From contig OZ316893.1 of the NCBI GenBank assembly GCA_973895155.1, forward strand, positions 19,720,857-19,784,856: a stretch of DNA of 64,000 nt. The letters run 5' to 3'. Made by a program: the position numbers and the translations under genes. The notes beneath the pieces are model-generated. The model was given only the letters and a program-made list of their open reading frames with translations, had not been told where the DNA came from and did not search any database. The number at the start of each line of letters is the position of its first letter. Within the stretch, counting starts at the first letter, position 1. Of this stretch, positions 47,830 to 61,526 are shown piece by piece. Origin of the DNA: Marsupella aquatica (lineage: Eukaryota; Plantae; Marchantiophyta).

Positions 47830-49150
47830 TCCTACAGTGATTTGTCTCATAGAAGTCTGTCCTAAAAGTAAGCAAGGCGGGCACCTGAGGTAGGAGACCG
47901 GGTGTACATAAGGAAATGACCCAGATAGAAAAATAATACCCGCAGTAATCTAAGAAACAGTATCCCAGGCAGTGAAATAGGGGTGTTGTACAGGTTTCCA
48001 AAAAAGAACATTGAAAGAATTGGTCTCCCAGCACAGCCGATCTACAACAGGAAAGCAGGGGCCTGCTAGACTCAGGATCTTGGGCTTCAACAAGTAGTAA
48101 GATAGGGTGATGGGGATTGGGGGTGTGAAGTGGGTGAGGGCTGTTGTGCTTGGGGCATGGAGTGGGGCTGAATGTGCAGGGTGCTCAATGCTGTGCTCTG
48201 GTCGCTTGGTGCTGTGATAGATGGAGTTGGGGGCGTGACAGAGATTTTGGGGGATGCTGTACTTGGTTGCATTCAAGGGTGATAGAGGACAATAGAGCTT
48301 GAATACCTGGAATGCATTCAATCCAGTGAGGGAGGTGGGCACCTTATTGTGTAGCCTCAAAGCTCAATGTCTTGGTGAGTTTTTCAGAGGGAACTTTTGG
48401 CATTTGATGCTAGGGAGAGCCCAGGGGAGAGCCACATCTTCCTGCTTATTCAAGTCACTCACGCCAGGGAGAGCCACAACTTACTACTTATTCAAGTCAC
48501 TCTCTTTCCGTGCTTGCTTGGTTTTAGCTCTCATTTTGGCTCTCATTTAGTACTTGACTCTAGTTTAGTGCTCTCATTCTTGTCTTGTTTTTGGCTCTCA
48601 TTCAGTACTCCACTCTGGTTCACTGCTCTCATTCAACTGGTGGCTCTCACTCAGTGCTCTCTTGGCTCTTATTCAGTGCTCAGAACATTATGGTCCCTGA
48701 ACATTATTCCTCTGTTCCTCATCATCATACCTGGATCCACCAGGTTGCACAGTTTATAGAAGATATTCTGAAATGGGGGAAGGTGCTCGCACAGTCAAGG
48801 AGGGGAGTGATTGGGATGTGAAAAAGAGGGAGGTTTTGGACACCTCCCCTTATACAGTGCTTTATGTAGTGCAAATGGTGGACAAACTAGTATTCTAATA
48901 TGGTCGTTAGATGCTCGTCTGATTTTCACAAGCGACCATCTCGAGGACCATCTCTGGAAATTTCCCTCTTATAGTCACTTTGCAGAGTTATTCTATAGAA
49001 CTGGAGCAATAATGATGTACAACTCCACCATTGATGTTCCTGGAAAAGTAATATATTAGGACCAACAGGTTCCCACCCTTGGATGCTGGCAGACTGCCCG
49101 TTTCCATTTAGGTGATAAGAGATTGACCTCGTGTGTGCAAAGGGCTTTGG
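47830..49150. mobile_element. Heavily decayed LINE-like coding fragments
   Basis: Trp/Cys-rich broken frames reminiscent of LINE ORF2 C-termini. No diagnostic motif could be pinned down. Confidence 0.2.
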
Positions 49151-49260
49151 CAAACCTTGCTTTGCCATGGGGGTTCACCAAAAGCCATTTATTTACAAAG
49201 CTTGAATTCAGAACCTCACAACCCCGCTCACCACAAAACTGGGCTAAGTTTGTTCAATAG

Positions 49261-49370
49261 AACTAATGTCAAGCAAAGTACTTACTTATGTGAATCCCCT
49301 GGGACAACTAATGTCAAGCAAAGTCTGTACTTGTGTGAATCCCCTGGGACAACTAATGTCAAGCAAAGTC
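49261..49370. repeat. 45-bp tandem repeat, ~2.4 copies
   Basis: AACTAATGTCAAGCAAAGT occurs three times, separated by ..TACTT.TGTGAATCCCCTGGGAC. Confidence 0.85.
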
Positions 49371-51104
49371 CCCTGTGGGCGATGAGATTGTATGGGCCAT
49401 GGATTACCCAACCCATGGAGCCATGGCCCCTAAACTTTCATCGCCCACAAGGTGAGTGAGAGGAGATTACAGCCATGGCCCCCGAGTGGCCCTAGATTAA
49501 GGAGCATAACCCCTGGACAGTGTACTTTTGCTAGTTGGGGCCTAAATTGTAACCCATGGGCCAGGTTGGTATGGGGAGTATGGCTCATAACCGTCCACAG
49601 AAATATAGAGAGAAAACTGTAAGAAGGGTTCACGGTAACATGGATTGGCAGGACACAATGGAAAACAATAAATGAGTTCCAATGAGCAATAACAAATGAC
49701 TGTTCCATGTAGTCCAGAGCCTCCACTGACTCAAAGACATGCTACTATTATTATTATTATCTCACAGTCGTAGAAAAGGGCTGTGTGACATGGCGCAATG
49801 CTAGAATGCATCGTCTTGCATGCTGTGGACTTTTTGGTTGCAGGTGTTGCAGAGAATGTCAGCTGTAGAGCACGGAAATCCACACGGGTTGTGCCCAGTT
49901 GACCTCTTCTCCGATGCTTTTCCAATCTACACCCGTCAAGAAGTTGTACCCAGCTCATCTGCAGGCGAAACCCAAAAACTCCCCAAAATGGACACGCACG
50001 GGGGGCAAGATTGAGTGATTCCCGGGCGTAAAGTTCTGTAGCGATTAATTGGTTTCTTCTAATAAAGTCTGTAAAGTGTAATTGATTGGCAGCGAAGTGG
50101 AAACTGGACAATCAGTATCAGAGCAGGACGTGCTTGAGATGGAGGATCTCCACTCAGTCCTGTTCCATTGTGGTTTCAGACATGGTGGCTGAGCGATGAT
50201 GTTACGTGCAGACAGACATCCGATTGCAAAGCAATTGTGTGCTCCACCTGAGAGTTCTGACAGTAGAGGAACTTCAGTCTTTCTTTGCTGATCAGGCGAG
50301 TCATGGGAAGGAATGACTCCCTGCCAGAAAGCAAGCTCACCGCCGTTGATCCGAGCGCAAATTCTTCTTCTGGAATTTAACTAATTTCAGCCGAGAGGAT
50401 GACTCATTATTGCCGTGGGTCACAACGGTGGCCCACTCTCTCTCTCTCTCGCACACCGTTTTGGTGTGGCAGGTACAATGGTAGAGGAGTACAGTAGTGG
50501 AGAAGAGAAGGAGGCCAGAATAAGCTGGAAGTTAGTTTAAAGGTCCAGTTCAGTTCAGTTGCAGCGTCTATGAGATCCAGAGAGAGTTTATAACTTCTCC
50601 AACTACCCATTTCCTGCTGTCTCCACAACAACCTGCCTCGCCGAGTCTCCCTCGCCTCCTGCTTCTGCTGCTGTCCATAAGAGAACTGTGTACGTGCGTA
50701 CATCTCCTTTCTAGTGCTTTCTGTATCCCTCTCCTAATCCGGTCCAGTAGGTCCATAGAAGAACCCTCTCGCTCACAACAATTTTTCTCTGGCCTTTGTG
50801 GATTGGGTCCGGAAAAGAAAGTTGTCGCTGTCTGTCTTTCTGGACTTCATGTGGGTGATAGATAGTGACGGCATAGAACAAGAGTTGGATGCCGCAGCAT
50901 GGGAGGGAGGAGCAGCAGGGGATGCCCTGTCTGCAGGCGACGGGCGGAGCAGCGATTCATGCTGGAGGCGTGAAGGAAAAGTGCATAGGAGGTGGATAAG
51001 AGGAGAACGAGGAGCAGCGATTGGATTGGAAAACTAGAATTGCGAGAACCAAAGCAGGAAATTTGTCGTTTCACCAATTACAAATTTTACCAAATTGGAG
51101 AAGG

Positions 51105-54100
51105 ATGGCAGGACTCCATGACGAAGAGGTGAAAACGTTGTTTCTATCGGGGCTACCAGACGATATCAAGGAGCGGGAGATTTACAACCTGTTCCGCACT
51201 CACAAGGGCTATGAATCTTGCCAACTCAAGTACTCTGGCCGTGGGTACCAGGTCTGTCCGTCCTTGTCCTCCTCCTGAGAATGTTGGCACCTGTCCTCTT
51301 CACGTCTTTTCTGACTTGCAAGCTATTTCTCTTGTAGGCTGCTTGGGATTTTCGTGCCACAATTGGGGTGGGGTCGGTTTGGCATCACTACATAAACCAT
51401 TTGCCTGACAACTTCCTTCACTGTTCCAGTCGTTACAATTTAGTCTGACTGTTTCATTGGTCGGAAAATATGAGGAGAATCACGCGGATCCTTGGATTGC
51501 CTCCATGAATTTTCGTTGTCAGTGGTGCACAAGCGTTGGTTGGGTCCATGCTATCCAGTTCTGGGCTTCAAGTTACTCTAGTCAATGGGTGTGAAGTTTT
51601 GGTCTGGGAAGTCGAGATTGATCTGGTTGTCAGCCAGTGGATTTCTAGCCTACACTACATTTGGGTCGTGTATTAGAGTTCGACGCTCGTCAGGAGATAT
51701 CAGGGATGTGTGCCCACTTTGTTACCTCCAGCCGTGAACTTGGCTTTGAATTGCATAATTCCGAGACCTGGCTCGTAGATTCTGTGGACTTCACAGAAGA
51801 TCCCATCAATTCTTCACTCCATTCTCCCTTGCAAGTCTCCATTAAGCAAATTGGAGTGTATAAAAATTCATTCAGGACACTCGGGTGAAGTTAAAGTTGT
51901 TAACCTAGAAGGCTGGTAAGTTGGTCTCGTCCTTTTCTTTTATTACTCATTCCGGGCTTCATGGTTGAGGTCGTCAGCCAATGGGTAGATTTAAAGGAAC
52001 GCAACCTCACTTTTATTCTACGTTCTCAGGTGTTCATAGTGTAAACAACTGAAACGATCGAGTGAGTCTGACCTGGCTTGAGTTGTGTCAGCCAGCGCTC
52101 CCCTATTGTCGTTGTGAGGAACTAACAATGTGTGTACCAATCCTATGATTTCATGCTGTCTGAGCTTATGGAGAAAATCTTGCAGATTGTGGCCTTTGCT
52201 GTATTCACGGATCAAGGGTCTGCGTTGGCTGCAAAAGAAGCTCTCAATGTAAGATTTTCCATTTCAAAATTGGACATTGATTAGACTATAAGTATGTAGA
52301 AGACGTGGCTACTTTCAAGTTTGGTCCCAAGGAAAACCATCGGCAATAACTTCCATGCCTCACATGTTAAATTATTTTTTGTGTGTCGCTGTCATTCCAT
52401 TTCCTGTCGTGCCGTTCTGGTCAAAGCTGGGAGGATGCCCCAGGTATCTCTCTGAAGTGTTGCAGTGTGATGCAGGGGCTCAAATTTGATCCTCAGACAG
52501 GGGCAACTCTCCACATTGAACTTGCGAGGGCGAATTCCAGGACAAAGAGATCTCGCTCAGGTTTGGATACTTAATCCGAGTCAACATGGGAGCTATTGAG
52601 GAAACAACCGACACAATATTTAACCACTATTGAGTGCAGTGTGTTGTATTCGTTTCGATTTGACATTTGTATGGGGTTGTTTTCTCCACCGCCTATTGTG
52701 GGGGAAAACTGTCCTTGCGGATATTAAGATATTCGAACTTCAGGAAAAAATTGTGCAACTACCGTATGGTTTTCTACACGAGATTGCGCATTAGTATGAC
52801 TGTCAACAAGGTACAGAGTCATACTTTAAAAGTTGTTTGTAGAATAACTATTTTTCCGTTACATGCTGTGCAGAGGAAAGCGGTCTTGGTGCACTGGAGA
52901 AAAAATACCGAGGTCCAATTGGAACGCCTGGGGCTTATCCTGACCCAGGTCTGAATCGCCTTCCTACTTGGGGACTGCGCGAGGAATACATAGCATGTCA
53001 ATGTGTGTCAGTGCTTGTTAAAGAACCTTAAATATATACACCAGTGATAAAGTGAAATATCTGGAAACACGAACGAACATGGTCAAACATTCACGGAGAG
53101 CCTACAATCAGAGTGTTGGGAAACCTGGACAACCACAAGGCTAGACACCCAAACAAATAAATTAAAATAATAAGAATTAGCCGTGTGAAGGGGGAGAAAA
53201 TCAAGATGAACCTGCATTGGGAAGGACTCGGGTGAAAAGCAAGCCTTGAAGTTCATGTGGAGCCCGGGGAAGGGCTTCTGTGATTGCCTAATTTTTCAGG
53301 GATCATTCACAAAGTTAAACAGATGTTTGGATCTGTGAATACTGCTCCCAGGATATATCTGGCTTACCTGGGAACGTTTAAACTAGCAACCGATCTACTA
53401 ATGGATTAATGCAGCTTATGATGTGAAATAGCCTGCGGCTTCTTCACCCACGTTCCGTCGTGTCGTTCTCAATTTTCATAAAATTTAGTCCTTGGTATCC
53501 CAGTTTTCAGCTAAAAAGCAACATAAGTCTTAACGTGGTGGGCTTCCCGAAAATGATCTTCTCGGTCCTGTCCGATATTTGATAACATTATCCTGTGAGA
53601 GGGCCATTTGTACTGTCGTTATCTCAAAACTGAATGCAGAACATAACCACCATGTGTAGACAATGGTCGTTGGATGGGGTTATCCTTTTCTCACGAAGTC
53701 CTCAGCACAAACTGTGACTTACAAAACCTAGATCAGGCTTACCAGTCTTGCTCATAGTCCACCTAACCAAGATAAAATGTAAACAACTGTGTGTCACTTT
53801 TGTGGGCTTCGTTCTAGGCTAGGGTCAGTTAAGTCGGCACACGTCACTATCACGTTATTTGATATGGCTCACATTGCACTTTATGGTTGGCACTCTGGTT
53901 TGCACACTCACAGGGGTTGGCGGCACTGTGCACATGCCTGGGATGGTGCACTCGGTTTACAACGACATGAGTGGGTTTCCACCCCCACAGAGGTCAACAC
54001 AGCACTTCCTTGTAGGGCTAAATTAGGCTTCCAAAGTAGCCACAAAATTAATAAACAACCCCACATTGCGAAGCCCGTATTCAATCTTCAGCTGCTGCTT

Positions 54101-55368
54101 GATTCTTGTGCCTTGGAATTGCCCAATCTTACCAAACACATTTGTTCTATTGCTTAGTGGTGGCATGATGGGTCCAACGACTTATCCTGGACAAGAAGGC
54201 CTGCCGAGTATGATGTTGGTGAGCTTCTGGTTTACCAATGCCTTTTTGGTACTCTTGATGTTCTTCCTTCATTAGCTGTACCTCTGAGTTGAGCTTCATG
54301 ACTCCCAATCGTGCTTTTTTGTAACTCTTTTTTGGTCGAGTATTACAGGGACCCAATTTGATACCCCCTCCTCCAGCACCAGGGAGCAACCCACCATGCT
54401 CAACGTTATTTATTGCCAATCTTGGACAAACATGCACAGAGGAAGAACTCACTCAAGTGTTGGCAAGGTAATGAGTTCCCCAGCTCGTTGACTCTATTAC
54501 CTCACCTTACTACTGCCGAGGTTCTTATTGCTGAACCCTTACTGTTATGGCCATCCTGACATGTGACGGTGTACACGAGATGTCGTTGTCTATGGGATGG
54601 ATGCTAAATATAAGGAACATGCAGAAAGTGTTACGGTCATTTCTTAATTGCTACGACAGATATCTTGCCTCTCTGTTGCCTACCATACTACTGCAACACT
54701 CTTTCAAAGAACTGTGGACGGATATGTGAGGGGTTTTGTAGCCCTGTCATGACCACATCTTGATTGGCTGCAGATTTCCAGGATATCGAAAGATTAAGAT
54801 GCAAATTAAGGGTGGCCTTCCGGTTGCATTTGTCGAATTCCAGGTAAGAATGTATGCAAGAATGGAAATATGAATTTTCTTCTGAGTTGTTTTTTGGGTT
54901 TCCAAGAAATCTATGGCATCCAAGACTCATCTTGTGACCTAGTCTCAACTTTTAAGTCAAGCTAGAGTCATTAGTAAAACCTAGGGTCAATTTCCTTTTC
55001 GTAGACCTTTTAACTATCTCCTGTTGCTGTTCCATATTTTTCATGCGTGAAGATAATTGTTGTAATTTTTATTTTTGTGCAGGATATAATGTGTTCGACA
55101 CAAGCTCTATCACAGTTACAAAACTCTGTGCTCTCTTCGTCAGATAGAGGAGGCATGCGGCTAGAGTATCCTTTCATTCACAGTCTTTTGCAAAGTTTTC
55201 TCTTCTTGTAGTTGTTGTAAGAGAATTGATGAAGTGATGAAGTGATTTAGACGCGTCTGACTGTATGGACGAAGTAATCCACTGAAGTTGCTATCCTTCA
55301 CCGGGCTCAGATATGCAAAAGCAAAGATGGGACAACCCAGAAGAGAAAGAATGTCAGGTCATGCCTAA
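51105..55368 (+). CDS. Two-RRM RNA-binding protein of the RBPMS/couch potato/Scw1-like plant family (related to nuclear speckle RBPs), ~279 aa, 10 exons
   Basis: Exons 51105-51251, 52186-52248, 52476-52560, 52874-52948, 53914-53992, 54158-54218, 54349-54467, 54774-54843, 55083-55165 and 55311-55368 sum to 840 nt in frame. RRM1: KTLFLSGLPDDIKEREIYNLF...VAFAVF...LHIELARANSR. RRM2: PPCSTLFIANLG...PVAFVEFQD...GGMRLEYAKAKMG. Confidence 0.93.
55166..55310 (+). other. U12-type (minor spliceosome) GT-AG intron
   Basis: 5' splice site GTATCCTTT (55166-55174), branch site TCCTTCAC (55294-55301) about 10 nt before the CAG acceptor, and no polypyrimidine tract. Removal restores MRLE/YAKAKMG. Confidence 0.92.
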
Positions 55369-56567
55369 TGATGATATCCAAGTAAACCGAACAACCGGGT
55401 GAAAACAAATTAATGATCAAATTGAGAAACCGCAATTGAAATCTTCCCCTTTCACGGGGATCTCTTATTTAATTTAATGTGCCATAATTTAAGACAGATT
55501 TAAGCAGATTTTATTAGCATCCAGGTAACTTACAGAACCCCACTTCCAGACAGCTAATTGAGTTGGGGCTCCTTGAGAACCTTGTGTATAGCGTACTAGT
55601 AGGACAAACACCAGTTCTGCGTGCAACGAGACACCCTTTGCTCCAGTACGGACAAATCTTCATCTTTAGGGTGATAAATATCAGTTTGTTGTGTGCCAAT
55701 CCTCGAGCACACTCTTGTTATTGTAGTAATGAGACTGACCTACCTTTCGTTGGGGGAGGTCGTTAGTTTATAAAGTCGCAATCAAATGCTTTTCTTTCCT
55801 AATTTTACGGGAGCCTTCAAATCAGCCTAGAAAAAACTTCTTTGGTTCTTACCTTCGGTGCTTTGAATGTTATCATGTGTAATGCCGCCCTATCCAATCA
55901 TTCAGAACTTGAATGTGGCAAAACAAGTCGACAAGGTGTTACATTTCACCAGCCCTTACAGTCACTGCACGAGACATTATAAGTGCAGAATTTATTATCG
56001 ATAAGTTGTCAAAGATTGAAAGCGTAACACCTAAATTCAGATCTGCTCACATCCCTTCCTGCCCAAAAACTTTGATGCTTTCAGCTAGAAGTATTTGTAA
56101 AGCGAGGCAAGCACAGTCGTCCCTTTCAAAGTGCAAGCCTTCGGGAATCTCAGCGAACTTGCAGGTCTGAAGAAGTACAATCTTTAGGGTTAATGTAAAA
56201 TATCACTAAATGCAAGAATTACGAAACATTTGCAATCAGTGATAACTGCAGGTGCCAAGCCTTGGAATGATTCACAAGAGTTTTCACACCCTAATCAAGA
56301 ATAGACTGATGGATCTCTCACGCTCTTCACAGATCCAACTGAACTCACAGCAAGAAACTTCTCCTTGCCCTTCAAATTCTGGAGATAGCTTCCTCCGACT
56401 GATTGTTTGCATCGGATTTCAGGTTTTCTATTTCACTCCCTTTCTTAGAGTAGACTCAATCACCTTGACCTTGAATTTAGTACTTCGGTCAACATGGTGA
56501 GGTTTTCAACGAGATTAGTTTGTGTCTAATCTCGTTATTAACTTCGGCATGAGAGTCCATGTGTGGG

Positions 56568-56695
56568 GATCTTTGTGCTCTCTTATGGATGTCTGCGTGC
56601 CACTTCATTGATCTTTGTGCTCTCTCATGAATTGCTACATGCCACCTTATTGATCTTTGTGCTCTCTCATGGATTTGTACGTGCCACTTCGTTGT
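56568..56695. repeat. 42-bp tandem repeat, 3 copies, between the convergent RRM and ISS1 genes
   Basis: GATCTTTGTGCTCTCT.ATG.AT......TGCCAC.T..TT occurs three times. Confidence 0.85.
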
Positions 56696-57792
56696 CAGTG
56701 GTGCTAGTTCTTTAGTGTCGAAAGCACATTTGTGAGAATGATGTAACTGGAGTGTAATCCTGGTTCACCCTTGGTAAGTGCTATCATAACAAAGAGATAT
56801 AATTTTGCACTTATGACCAAGTGCAACTCCAACCCTGATTTGCACTTATAAATAACTGCAATATCGCAGTAAAGCGAGACCTGCACTCGTCGAACTGTCT
56901 TTAGCAGTTCTCGTCTCCCCGGAAGTTCTATTCTTGCACTCATCAACTAATGATGGAAGCTCCATTTCCTATGTTCCCCGATTGGGTTGATCCATTGCCT
57001 GCACTTAGTGCAGTAACTCCATCGCAAGATTGTAATTAAAGAGAGAACTGTACAAGACGTGTTTGAGATTAGCGAGCTCGACCTGGCAGGAATCTGGTTG
57101 AGCATTGTGGACTACAGAATTGAGCAGGCCTTTGATATGTCGATCTATTTGAGCATTCTACACTACCGTACCGGAAATAATCCTGTTCTGCCAATCATGG
57201 CCAGTCTGCTTCTACAACGAGCATAATACCTACTTGGGTATCTCGTAAAGCTGGATGAAAACCTACCTTGCCTCGGTGACCCCTTTGCTGAATAGCTTGG
57301 AATAAGTATGAGAAGTGGAGTACAATCCACGGAGGATGATGCAGGTCCAAGTGGCTTGAAAAACTCTCTTTTTTGTGAGCCCTTTGTCGAACAGCTTGGA
57401 ACAAGAATGAGAAGTGCAGTGCAATCTATGTAGGTTGATGCCAGGTCTCTTGCTTCGACCTTAAAATCAGATGCGGAAATTTCGCCAAACCAAATTAAAA
57501 TCTCTATGTGAGTTGTAGCAATTCGATGGAAAATGGAGGAGCCACGTATTTCCTGGAGAGAGCATCCTCCAAAAAGTCGTATAGGAGCTCCGTTCGAACT
57601 ACAGTTTAATCAAAGAAATACTATAATCCACTCCCATTTGCATTGCTGAAGTAGAGGTCGGTAAATTTAACCTGTCTTTCTTGTTATAATGAGAAGTCAT
57701 AGCTGCGTGACATCGTCTTTCTTAAGCCCTGTATTGCTGCAGTTGTTGACAAGGAGGGTATCTAGAGTCCACAAAACGCCCTTCTACTAGGG

Positions 57793-60700
57793 TCAGCTTT
57801 CTTGTAAACCATTTTCAAGGAGCTCTTGCAAACCCTTTTTAAGTCTAGTTGCCGCTATCCGACAATTGCTTTCATCAAGGCCACCATAAGAGACCCTGAT
57901 ATAACCGGACCCACCACTAGCACTGCCAGGAATGACACACACATGATGCCTGTGCACCAGCCACTTTGTCACTGCCACATCATCTGATACATTTTTGGGA
58001 AGTCTTGCCCACAGATATATAGCACCCTCCCCTCCGTTCACAGCGTCATCACCTAGGGGTGAAAGTGCATCTAAGACCATTGCCCGATTCTCACCCAACT
58101 TTTTAACCTTCTCGCGCACCCAACCTGATCCGACTGCAAGAGATGCTAGGGCTAGCTTTTGCCCAATCAATGAAGCACAAATGGGGATATTGTCTTGCAC
58201 TTTGAGGAGTTGTGCACCCATACCTTCTACTGCGGTTGGATACGCTATCTGCATATTCCACAATTTTGTTAAGCCCAAACTGCCGTGCACTGGAACAAAA
58301 AACAAAGCCAAATCATGCGATGGCGTGACTTATCTATTCTAGCCCATTGGTGGCAGCCCAAAGATGTAGAATGAAATGTGAACTTACATAGCCTATCCTC
58401 CAGCCCATCATGCCATAGGCTTTCGAGAAAGAGAATACATTTACAATGTGGTCTCCCTCAAGGCAAGTATGCTGCCTTCCATCATACATGAAGTACCTAC
58501 AAATAGCATCGTCACAGATATTGAAAATTTGAACGAGCATAAACTTATGAAAAAATATAAAGCGCACAACTCTGAACAGCTTGACAAGTATAGACGAAAC
58601 CTTACTCGTAGGTGTTATCCATGATTAACCATGTGCCTGCTTTTCGACATAGTTCTGAAATTCTCTGAAGTAAAAGCACTGACAAGCTATTAGTCAACCT
58701 GTGATGAAAAGGTAAGTTCAAACAGCAGAACCCACGTCTAGAATACAAACCCTTGTCCCATGGCTGCCTGTTCGAACATGAACGACACCATCATCATTCA
58801 TTGCAATTCTGAAGGATAGCCCATATGATCACTAATGCTGACACTAGCTGCTGAGAAGTTTCGAACATGAGAACATGCACAGAATGTATCTGGACGACGA
58901 GATGTAGTTCTAAAGTAACCATCCCGTTAACTTAAAACAAAGGTACTCTTCAAGTCGCAGTCAAGCAGCAATGAAACTTAAAAGAAAATACTCGCAGCCA
59001 AAGAAAGCTCGTCATGTAGTTAGACATACCTTCAAAAGCGAGTCTGGTACGTACGTTCCAGATGGGTTACCAGGGTTCACTATGTACAACACTTTGAGTG
59101 CTTGTTTGCCCTCTTTCTGTTTCAACGTTTCTTCCAACCAATCTGTATAAACCATTCAGCTGTAAGTAACGATAATTGCGAAGGCTGTGTCGTTCCCACT
59201 AAGACAGGTTACATAGCTATGGAATTCCGTGAAATTTAGGTTACTACAAACCTCTACTTTCGCTAGCTGAATAGCTAGATAACGTCGAAGCCCCTCGTAC
59301 CTACAAGTATAACATTCACAGAGACTAGTTGAATGCATTTACGCTGAAGAGATGCCTTCACTAACCCGCGTCAGGATGAAGATTCGAATCACTGGGTCCC
59401 AACAGGATGTCTGTGACTCCAGTCATTTGGAATGCCATGTATGCATTGAAGTAATAGGGGACAAACATCGCAACTGAATCGCCTGGATCACAGAGTGTCA
59501 GCACCAAATTGACGACTGCCTGCACTCGCAACGTGAAAACTGTGAGCAAAAGTCCAAACAAGCGTTCGTGCCTCGTTAACCACGACAGTTCACAAGAACG
59601 GTATTTTCTGCAAAAATCAAATTAACAAGAAAACCTGCGGACCTGGTTTGCTCCTGCAGTAATCATGACCGACGATCGATTGATGTTATTCTCAAGCCTT
59701 AGCTGTGACGAGACAAAATAGATGAGTTAGCTTCAATTTATTTACATGTCTTCAACACGATAATCTGACTCTAGATGGACTGCCAAACATCATCTTCTTG
59801 TAGTGTGGAAACAACTAAGACTAGTAAGCAGATGGAGAAAACGACGCTGAACAATCGACCGAATTTACTTACGGTTAGGCATCCCTAACCCGGCCAGTAG
59901 GCATACCCTTCCTCAATACCTGTTTCCTTATGCTTTCAAGCAGAACAATAACCAATGTACCTTTTCCAAAAGAGCTTGTCTTAGCTCAGGCAGTCCATCA
60001 TCTGCTCCATATTTGCTTACGGTAGGGTGCTGCACTGCTTCCTTCACCTCCTTGAGAGCTTCTACTGGTGGCTGCCAGTGCACTATGCCCTGTAACCCAC
60101 AAATGAAGGGTAACCCTTACACATCAAAAAGTCCTTGCGACATGACTAGCAGAGAATGAAAGATAAAGTTCTACTTCTGACAGTATGCATGACCGTGACA
60201 CATAAATTGTGCCAATCTTATCTTAGAAATTAATTGACTACTCAAGAACAAGAGAGGAAAGGGAGTTGTTACCGAGGCAAAAGCCCTTCACATGAAACTC
60301 CTCTCCCTTCCTCTCCTTGCCATGATTCTTTGACTTCCAAATACCTTCCACCTAGCAACAAAGTCTGCTGTCAATGTTCATCTTACCTATTGGGATAACC
60401 CTAAGTTTGATTTACTGCTAAATGTCCTCTGCGTTGTCACAGAAACTCGACAAACTTTAGAAAGTACGATACATAGCTTGTGGTAGATTGCGCTCCAAAA
60501 CATGAATGAATTTGGACTCACATGGGACTTATGATTGGAATCCTCTAAATCTCGGATCGAGAGCACGACTGGATTGTACGGATTTCAACTACTAGTTCTC
60601 TCCTTGGTGGAATCTAACGTCAACATGGAACATCCAAGTGCACCATTCAGGGTATACTTCTTATGTACCTGTATGTGCATAGTAGCTCCAATGGTGAATT

Positions 60701-61526
60701 CAAGAGTTTACGTACAGATCATCACAAAACATTCATAATCCCACTGCAAGTGATGGGGCAAAACGGCTGTGTACCTGAGCTAATGAGATAACATCCGTGG
60801 TACCCCGTAGAAGATCTTGCATCTGCAGAAACATAGATTCAGTTCATGCGAGAGTTTATCTTAGAGACAATGGCGCAATCCATAAACAAGGTAGTGAACC
60901 GTCCAGTCAAACAGGTGCCACTAACAGTTACATCCCAAAATCTTCTATATATTAGAACCAATGGACCCACTGACTCTGACCCCCAAGTCTAGACCAAATA
61001 GGCGTTGAAAGCTTTCTCAATCGTAATTCCAAATTAGAGACGAAGAATTCCTGCTGTCAAGGTTACATCGAAGAACCTCTCGAAACGTCCTCCCAAAATA
61101 AGGGGATGGATACATATTCAGGATTAACTGTGAGAATACCATGACTGATCAACTGTAGCAAATCGCATTTCATTGCAATTCGAGGAGGCCCAAAGAAGTC
61201 CACGGGTGAAATTACACTTCCTTCGTTCAAATCTCTCCCCCTTAACCCTTTCCCCAACATTGTGGCTCCTTCCCACAGTCTGGGCAATTCATGTCTGGTC
61301 AATCACAGTAAAAATTGTGCTACTGCAAGTACGGCCAATTTTTTACCAAAAGCTTTCCCCAGGCTAGATCTACCAACACTCACGAAGGGCACGAAACATC
61401 CCTTTCCCTTTCACATGTTCCAAACCATTACACACCCGCGATTTTACTAAGTAGCAAAGTAAGCATTACCTGCACCATAACGGGAGTATCGGTGCCCAGC
61501 ACCCGTCGGGACAACATCCTGTGCAT
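57793..61526 (-). CDS. ISS1: PLP-dependent aromatic/methionine aminotransferase ISS1/VAS1 (class I/II), 394 aa, 9 exons
   Basis: Minus-strand exons 61526-61470, 60822-60775, 60089-59961, 59702-59643, 59519-59366, 59142-59030, 58664-58606, 58496-58388 and 58248-57793 total 1185 nt: MHRMLSRRVLGTDTPVMVQ...SLAQGIVHWQPP...YGADDGLPELR...TAGANQA...NPGNPSG...DNTYEYF...SFSKAYGMMGWRIG (PLP lysine)...QDNIPICA. These motifs match what I recall of plant ISS1/VAS1. There is an in-frame stop upstream of the ATG. Confidence 0.95.

Noticed and set aside
55234-55260. GTGATGA...CTGA inside the U12 intron
   Set aside because: The boxes are only ~16 nt apart, too short for a snoRNA, and there is no flanking stem.
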